The notes below the pieces were generated by a model that was not told the origin of the DNA, ran no database searches, and was given only the letters and a program-made list of their open reading frames with translations. Both the position numbers and the translations under genes were made by a program. Shown here in pieces: positions 52,140 through 57,895 of a stretch of 57,895 nucleotides of DNA. Source of the DNA: a virus (Duplodnaviria > Caudoviricetes); IMG/VR virus record IMGVR_UViG_3300037508_000466, positions 1 through 57,895 of that record; one strand, given 5' to 3'. Numbering within the stretch: position 1 is the first letter of the stretch; each line of letters begins with the position of its first letter.

Positions 52140-52306
52140 GTGCCAAATATACTGCTTTTTCTGCGCCCCTTTGGTTTTTCACTGATTACTGCATTGTCTA
52201 AAGCAGATAGGCAGAATGGACAGTGAGCGCCTCTAATAACAAACAGATCCTTCTTCACTTCGTGCGACACCATCCCATGCTTCGGGCAAGTCCCTATGTA
52301 CCTCAT
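52136..52306 (-). CDS. small Zn-finger-like protein (56 aa)
   Basis: Manually translated; CPKH...CPFC; ATGA overlaps at both ends. Confidence 0.6.
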   Translation of the reverse strand: MRYIGTCPKHGMVSHEVKKDLFVIRGAHCPFCLSALDNAVISEKPKGRRKSSIFGT

Positions 52307-52467
52307 TTTGTCCTCTTTTGAATTTCATTTTGAATGATGCTCATCTTTTCGCTGGCATGAGTTTTGGCCACGCCAAAGTCAATGACCCATTGGACATTTT
52401 GCCGCTCCTGCTCAAGGCGGATGTTGCTCAGATTGCTGAGCCATTCTGCATATGCTTGATTACTCAT
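52303..52467 (-). CDS. hypothetical protein (54 aa)
   Basis: Manually translated MSNQAYAEWL...; coupled stops and starts. Confidence 0.55.
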   Translation of the reverse strand: MSNQAYAEWLSNLSNIRLEQERQNVQWVIDFGVAKTHASEKMSIIQNEIQKRTK

Positions 52468-52657
52468 CTGTTATTGAAATTAAAATAGATTTTAGCTTCT
52501 TCTGTAATGACTTGATGACTGATATGGCTTCCGACTCTTCTTCATCTATCAGCGCCTCATACAGTGCTGATGTTGAGTCGTGAATATCATTCATAAGCGC
52601 ATTGATGTGTTTGACTCTTGCGCTATTCGTTACGATAGACGTATGCTTTGACTCCAT
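52460..52657 (-). CDS. hypothetical protein
   Basis: Helical ORF in the operon. Confidence 0.55.
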   Translation of the reverse strand: MESKHTSIVTNSARVKHINALMNDIHDSTSALYEALIDEEESEAISVIKSLQKKLKSILISITDE

Positions 52658-52865
52658 GTTCTGACAATTCCTTTATGCGATATTTCTGAAGTTCGCTCAA
52701 CCGACCGGTTGGCGTCTTTACTTCAACGAACAGCGCATCAGAATCTTTTGGTATGGCTACGAGGTCAGGGATGCCATTCTTGTTGGTCTTAATCAACTTA
52801 ATGACATAATACCCTTGCGACTCTAGATATTTAATATGCTTCGATTGTATCTGTTGCTCCGTCAT
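52623..52865 (-). CDS. VRR-NUC (PD-(D/E)xK) nuclease
   Basis: EQQIQ...GIPDL...FVEVK...GRLSELQ. Confidence 0.88.
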   Translation of the reverse strand: MTEQQIQSKHIKYLESQGYYVIKLIKTNKNGIPDLVAIPKDSDALFVEVKTPTGRLSELQKYRIKELSEHGVKAYVYRNE

Positions 52866-54138
52866 TGAATAGCAAATTTACATCTTTATTGAAGTGATAT
52901 AAAGTATAGTCCTTCTTCTTGGTAACAGCAGCATAGACCTTGTCCTCAATGCCTCCTGCCGTGAACACCCAGTACACGTGATTGTGCATTCTCTCAAGCG
53001 TTGTCATCCTGTCCCTGGACTGCCAGTATGATGTTGCGCTGAAGTCTATGTTGTAGTAGACCAATGCATCTGCATGACGCAAAGAGATACCCTCTCTCCC
53101 CGACACAATCTGCAATGCTATGTGCCTGTCCGTGGTTTCGAACTCCGTAAGATCATCAGTCAGCTTGTCTTTGAACACCGCCTTGAGCACGTCATACTCT
53201 TTACGGAACTTATAGAATATGCCAATCTTCATTCCCGCAAATCTCTTGGCAATGAAGTCAGCCTTGTATGTGCTTATCACAAGACCATCCTTGGCATCCT
53301 CAGTCAGCACCGTGCCGCCACATAACTGGTGCATCTTACTCATCAGCTTAACCCCACTGTCTGCAAGGATGGCACCCTCTGGCAGTTCGCATACCTTGTG
53401 CACTTTGAGCCTTTGGATGATGCTCCATATTTCAGATGGGGCAGACACATGCAATATGTGCTCTTCAATCTTGGTATCGAAACCGGCCTCCTCTTGCGTG
53501 TATGAGATTGTATATGGCTGCATCATCTGAATGACCGCCTCGCTCGCCTTTGAATAGTCCTTGATGTCAAACCCGTTTATTTTTTTGGTCCTGACATCAA
53601 CATAAGCATGTGCAAACTGATAGAAGTTTCGGAATCGAGCCATTGGATTGCCCGGAATGCCATACACCTGATGGTATATCTGTGAGTAAGACTCAGGCGT
53701 TGGCGTACCCGACATCAATACCACGTAGTACTTATAACGATAGATTAAGTCAGCCACTAACTTCGCCCTGTTACTCGGCTTGGGGAATGCCCCCAGCGCG
53801 TGGGCTTCATCCAAAATGAGCACATTATAGCGACTTGTAGGCATCTTCGACAATGAGTCGTAGTTTATGTAGTCCACGTCTAGATGTGGGCTCCCATAGG
53901 CTTCTATGTCTTTCTTGATGCCTGTTAGCGCCTTCTTCTTAGTGACAAATAATACGTTAAGAATACGGCCTAACTTGATGGCAAGGTTCTCGCAAGTGGC
54001 GATGCTCGTGAGTGTCTTTCCGGTGCGCACCTGCATAGACAGATACACGAATCTGTGTTTAGATATAATCGTACTCGCCTCCTGAGCTATGGACTGCTGA
54101 TAGTCTCGCAGTCGAATTGATGTAGTAGTCATTGTCAA
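52831..54138 (-). CDS. SF2 (SNF2-like) helicase
   Basis: LRDYQ, RTGKT, DEAH, SGTP, SGREGISL, QSRDR. Confidence 0.88.
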   Translation of the reverse strand: MTMTTTSIRLRDYQQSIAQEASTIISKHRFVYLSMQVRTGKTLTSIATCENLAIKLGRILNVLFVTKKKALTGIKKDIEAYGSPHLDVDYINYDSLSKMPTSRYNVLILDEAHALGAFPKPSNRAKLVADLIYRYKYYVVLMSGTPTPESYSQIYHQVYGIPGNPMARFRNFYQFAHAYVDVRTKKINGFDIKDYSKASEAVIQMMQPYTISYTQEEAGFDTKIEEHILHVSAPSEIWSIIQRLKVHKVCELPEGAILADSGVKLMSKMHQLCGGTVLTEDAKDGLVISTYKADFIAKRFAGMKIGIFYKFRKEYDVLKAVFKDKLTDDLTEFETTDRHIALQIVSGREGISLRHADALVYYNIDFSATSYWQSRDRMTTLERMHNHVYWVFTAGGIEDKVYAAVTKKKDYTLYHFNKDVNLLFNDGATDTIEAY

Positions 54139-54253
54139 TTAAAGTAGAATTACAGTGTGTGGAGTAAGGGCAGTCCACAGCAAGAGTAATCGTGCCGTCA
54201 TCTTCGGCAAACTCTTCTGGGAACTCTTCGATGTATTCGTATACTATTTGCAT
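54059..54253 (-). CDS. acidic hypothetical protein
   Basis: ORF in the operon; the overlap with the helicase start makes it uncertain. Confidence 0.4.
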   Translation of the reverse strand: MQIVYEYIEEFPEEFAEDDGTITLAVDCPYSTHCNSTLIDNDYYINSTARLSAVHSSGGEYDYI

Positions 54254-54492
54254 TTTATTCCGTAGTTTATCACAAATAACGCAGTTTCTTGGGTGGCTTG
54301 GGCTTCAGGGATGTTAAATTTTTCGCTGAATTGCTTAGCACAGAAAGCGTACCATTGCTTAAACTGCTCGGAAGTCATAGTATACTTGTTCTTCCAGTCA
54401 GGGTCATCGAGGATGTCCTGATGTGTGACGCCATCATATCCGGCTATGCGGAATAGTTCGTCAATGCATTCTAAATAAACTTGTTCTCTCAT
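54244..54492 (-). CDS. hypothetical protein
   Basis: ORF coupled to the primase stop. Confidence 0.65.
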   Translation of the reverse strand: MREQVYLECIDELFRIAGYDGVTHQDILDDPDWKNKYTMTSEQFKQWYAFCAKQFSEKFNIPEAQATQETALFVINYGIKCK

Positions 54493-56879
54493 AGTTTTTC
54501 ATCATAGATTAGCCACCTACCCGACAGGTCTTTGCCATCGGTAGGCATGCGGTTATACTTAAATTTACCATACTCATCAAGCCACCTGTAGAACTTAGTT
54601 CGCGATATGGTCATCCTTGACTTAGGCCCATAGTCAGGATTGTCACGCACAAACTCTTCATACAGAGTATTCTTGTATAATCTAATGCCCGGAACAAGCA
54701 ACGGATTCTCATTTGCGCCCGGGACAACGCCACACCATTCAATGAACTCATGGCAAGTGGCGGCACTGAATTGACGGATATTCAAATTAACAAACGTGCT
54801 TTGAACCAACCCTGTCTTGAGGTAATTCTTCAGACATTTAACCATATAGTCATCAAACTTACGCCAGTCAAACTCATCCCAATCATCAAACATTAACCTA
54901 CCGAACTCATCGAGAGGTGTTCTGCTTTTGGTGTAGTACTGATAAAGCTCAAGCTCCCACTTGCGCCGGGCGAATGAGTTGCCAGTCCCCTTTATGGCGT
55001 AGTTGGTAGTGATTGCAATTTTGGGGGAGCGAGAGAACGGAATCTTAATGGCATCCTTGTTCTTCTTTTCTAATGTCAAGCCCTCAGTAACAACGCTGAA
55101 CAAACGCTCGAAGTCAAAGTGTTTGCGCACGTCATCGAATAGAAGTATCTGCGTGTCTGCACTCACAAGTTGATATGCAAACGAATGCTCAAACGTGAAG
55201 CTCTTGCCATCAATAGTGACCATCTTCTTCATCTGACTAAGACCCTTCATAAACAAGCCCTTGCCAGTTCCACCTTCAGGGTTGTCTGATATCTGCTCAT
55301 CATTGAGGATGACAGCAGGGCAGTACCCTTGATTCTTGTAGGCGTGTAGCATAAATCCAATCGTGCTCTCCATAGCAGCAATGCGGCTCATATCGCCATG
55401 GCATATGTTCATAATGAAGTGCTGGTAGTCGTTCTCGTGGTATCCCTCCAAGAGCACGAAATCTCTGTCGATTACATTGTCCTTCCACACATATCCCCCT
55501 AACTCAAAGTAATCAACAGGAATAAATGAATCCTTCGTCACCCTTACCGCGCAGTTTCGATAGTATAGGTGCGCCACATCTTTGGTATCGGCAACAAGGT
55601 TTATGTCGATACTATCGAGCAGAGTCAGAAAGTCCTCCTTGAAATACTTGGTATACTCAGCGAAGTAATTGTATACAGCCATATCGCCAAGTTCGTACAA
55701 GAAGTTTAGCACAAAGTCCTTGATAATCTTCTCGCTCGTATGCTCAACCAAGTTGTGCTGAACCCTTACAAAAATGAAATTAACAGATCCAGATGGGGCG
55801 TACTTAAAGAAGCCATTGTCCTCTAAGAATTTCTTGAACTCTATGTGGACAATTTTAATAGCATTGTTCTTGCCTTGCTTCTCCCAAAATGTGGGTGTGC
55901 CATCAATGACCGATGCGGAAACAACCTCCATCACGTTGTCAATAGTAGCGGAATCAATGTCATCGGCCTCAAGTTGACTCCGCAATTCTTTTTTTGGCAC
56001 TCCCCTCCTATACGCTGACTTTATCTCACTCATCCTTTCCTCATCTTCGTAGTACTTAGTGCCGAAGTTTTTCACCTGGCTATACGCACTATTTATGGTT
56101 GTGCGAATTTCAGATGCCGGAAAGTCGGGGGCAGCGTATCTCATCAGCACTTCTTCAGCCATAGACTTGTCAACACCAAAGTCATTAAACGCCGCAGACA
56201 ACACATAGGCATGCTGGTTTCTCACGCCTTCGGTCATTGGATACTTGCGTTCCCACCACTTGAGTAAAATATCTATAATCTTACTCTCATCTCGAATGGG
56301 TATAGATGCTAAGTCCACCTGCCCTGTCTGTTGCTCCCGCTCCTTGAGTTCTACCTTATCAAACACTAACGAGTCTTTGTTTAGGTACATCTTGGGGTCG
56401 TAGCTCTCGTAACACACTCTGCTGACATTGAGCGAAGTCTTGTCGAATCGCTTGTTAGCGAAGTGCTTATCGAGTCCTTGAAAATACTCTCTGTGCTGCT
56501 CTACATTAGGGGGTATCTTCACGATGACCTTCAAGCCATCTCCTCCTGGGCTCGTGAATATGGCATAGGTATACGGGTCTGCCATAATCTTCTGCCTGTC
56601 TTGCAACATCTGCTTAGCGTTGTCATAGTTATCAAAGTCAAGACATATGAATCCGCTATGCTGAATGATGGCGGAGTCGGCTCGCTTCTTGAACGTACCA
56701 CTGAAACATATTGCAGGGAGTTTTTTCTTAAGTTCTTGGCGGGCTTGCTTGCTCTTTTCAGCACGGACCGCTTGGACTAACGACTCGCTCGCACCTAACT
56801 TAATCCTATTGAGGATGAAGTCAATATCCCGGTAGAAGGGAGTGCTAGTTTCGTGTATGTTTCTGAATATCGTTATCAT
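54489..56879 (-). CDS. primase-helicase (VirE-N/BT4734-like AEP + PriCT + P-loop ATPase)
   Basis: KKKLPAICFSG, CLDFD, SPGGDGLK, RVCYESYDP; EG.RN PriCT; GGTGKG Walker A, LFDD Walker B. Confidence 0.88.
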   Translation of the reverse strand: MITIFRNIHETSTPFYRDIDFILNRIKLGASESLVQAVRAEKSKQARQELKKKLPAICFSGTFKKRADSAIIQHSGFICLDFDNYDNAKQMLQDRQKIMADPYTYAIFTSPGGDGLKVIVKIPPNVEQHREYFQGLDKHFANKRFDKTSLNVSRVCYESYDPKMYLNKDSLVFDKVELKEREQQTGQVDLASIPIRDESKIIDILLKWWERKYPMTEGVRNQHAYVLSAAFNDFGVDKSMAEEVLMRYAAPDFPASEIRTTINSAYSQVKNFGTKYYEDEERMSEIKSAYRRGVPKKELRSQLEADDIDSATIDNVMEVVSASVIDGTPTFWEKQGKNNAIKIVHIEFKKFLEDNGFFKYAPSGSVNFIFVRVQHNLVEHTSEKIIKDFVLNFLYELGDMAVYNYFAEYTKYFKEDFLTLLDSIDINLVADTKDVAHLYYRNCAVRVTKDSFIPVDYFELGGYVWKDNVIDRDFVLLEGYHENDYQHFIMNICHGDMSRIAAMESTIGFMLHAYKNQGYCPAVILNDEQISDNPEGGTGKGLFMKGLSQMKKMVTIDGKSFTFEHSFAYQLVSADTQILLFDDVRKHFDFERLFSVVTEGLTLEKKNKDAIKIPFSRSPKIAITTNYAIKGTGNSFARRKWELELYQYYTKSRTPLDEFGRLMFDDWDEFDWRKFDDYMVKCLKNYLKTGLVQSTFVNLNIRQFSAATCHEFIEWCGVVPGANENPLLVPGIRLYKNTLYEEFVRDNPDYGPKSRMTISRTKFYRWLDEYGKFKYNRMPTDGKDLSGRWLIYDEKL

Positions 56880-56898
56880 CTGACGAAGTTTTCGTGGC

Positions 56899-57156
56899 TC
56901 ATTGTTTTGGGTTTATGGCCGGCATTGGAAGAGGTGTTGATGATCGTTGGAAACGGATAAATCGAAACCAGTCTCGGTACTGATTTCGCCATATCGACTC
57001 GGTGATTTGACGTATTCGCGTTGGGTTGGCATTGGCCTTGAAGTTGTATTCGACATGAAGCGCATACATTCCGCTAGGCAACTTATGGACATACGCCTCA
57101 ACGATATTGCCGTTGTCCATCGTGATCGGGGTGTGGGTAATAATTTCGTGATTCAT
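56899..57156 (-). CDS. hypothetical protein
   Basis: ORF with A/C-rich leader. Confidence 0.55.
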   Translation of the reverse strand: MNHEIITHTPITMDNGNIVEAYVHKLPSGMYALHVEYNFKANANPTRIRQITESIWRNQYRDWFRFIRFQRSSTPLPMPAINPKQ

Positions 57157-57174
57157 AGGTTGGCTGGGTAAAGG

Positions 57175-57417
57175 TTAGTTGAAATATTCGGCGGATTGGA
57201 TCTCTGCCTGTTCGTTAGTCCAAGCCTGCATCATTTGCATGCCATCAGGTGCGGTGAATGTCGTGAGTTGTGAATACTCGCCTGACTGGTCAAAGTCTTC
57301 GCCAACTGGCTTGCCGTCAATTTCGAGCATAGCATCAGCGAGGGTGTTGTAAAATCCGACAAGGCATCCCGATTCATTGCGGTAACTGTCGACGCGGTAA
57401 AGGGTGTTGGTTTTCAT
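57175..57417 (-). CDS. hypothetical protein
   Basis: ORF coupled to the upstream stop. Confidence 0.6.
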   Translation of the reverse strand: MKTNTLYRVDSYRNESGCLVGFYNTLADAMLEIDGKPVGEDFDQSGEYSQLTTFTAPDGMQMMQAWTNEQAEIQSAEYFN

Positions 57418-57653
57418 TGGTTGGCTTGGTTAAAGGTTTCGTTGTAGTAATTTTCGGCATAGACAGTGGCATAGGCATCGCGAGCCACTCTTGCGTTGAT
57501 TATCTCATCCCTGTGCATCTCTCTTGCCGTTGCGATGATGTCGATTTCAGCACTACTCGTTTGGCTCACTTGGTTCAGCACTCGTTGAAAGTCTTTAGCT
57601 TTTTGCAGTTGGCTAATAAGCCAGTCTATGCTGGTTTGTCTATTGCTGCTCAT
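57414..57653 (-). CDS. hypothetical protein (QTSIDWL...A.EM...I..A...YYNETF family)
   Basis: Motif common in freshwater Bacteroidota phages. Confidence 0.7.
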   Translation of the reverse strand: MSSNRQTSIDWLISQLQKAKDFQRVLNQVSQTSSAEIDIIATAREMHRDEIINARVARDAYATVYAENYYNETFNQANQ

Positions 57654-57895
57654 TGGTTGGTTTGGTTTAGTTGTTGGTTAACTTTTTCAATAATTAATTC
57701 ACCGATGTATTTTCGACAGATGTCAGCGGTTTGCTGCTGATTGGCAGCGGCATCGGCAGCGGAAGCGGAAGCGGCATAGGCAGCGTCAGCGTCAGCGGCA
57801 GCGTCAGCGGAATAGGCAGCGGCATAGGCAGCGGAAGTAGCGGCATCTAATTCATCCCGCGTAGCTCTGCCCTCGCCAAAAGCTATGGCAACATC
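57650..57895 (-). CDS. partial Ala-rich repeat protein (5' end outside the window)
   Basis: Open frame DVAIAFGEGRATRDELDAA...AAYA...QTADICRKYI; stop overlaps the next ATG. Confidence 0.65.
   Translation of the reverse strand, partial: DVAIAFGEGRATRDELDAATSAAYAAAYSADAAADADAAYAASASAADAAANQQQTADICRKYIGELIIEKVNQQLNQTNQ

Noticed and set aside
57735-57850. GGCAGC-type tandem repeats as a DNA element
   Set aside because: Explained by the Ala-rich low-complexity protein on the minus strand

Overview
A 57.9-kb fragment, probably most of the genome, of a dsDNA tailed phage of podovirus type infecting a Bacteroidota host. The host call rests on TAnnTTTG promoters and A-rich, SD-less starts; the code is standard (table 11) and no integrase is seen. 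Minus-strand early/accessory genes at 1-4735 include a MoxR AAA+ ATPase with partner and a RadC/JAB protein, preceded by a ~840-nt non-coding leader. A divergent control region (putative origin/packaging) lies at ~5580-6420. The plus-strand late block (6422-48280) has GroEL/GroES, small basic proteins, holin, tail fibre, spanin, TerS/TerL, portal, scaffold, major capsid, tail/nozzle and ejection proteins, and a 3975-aa polyvalent protein with four zincin-like motifs and two ADP-ribosyltransferase-like domains. The minus-strand block 48307-57895 has two tRNA-like RNAs, Tad2/DUF2829, MazG-like proteins, a DnaA-C HTH protein, amidase, phosphoesterase, holin, VRR-NUC, SF2 helicase and primase-helicase. 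The most unusual feature is a modular cis-element system punctuating the early region: a perfect 17-bp palindrome GTGTAATG(T/A)CATTACAC (9 copies), a 28-nt covarying pseudoknot-like motif 16-20 nt before five start codons (resembling the 16S rRNA 530-loop pseudoknot), and four tRNA-shaped RNAs with intact acceptor and T arms but no canonical anticodon loop. All family assignments are from motif recognition, not database searches.
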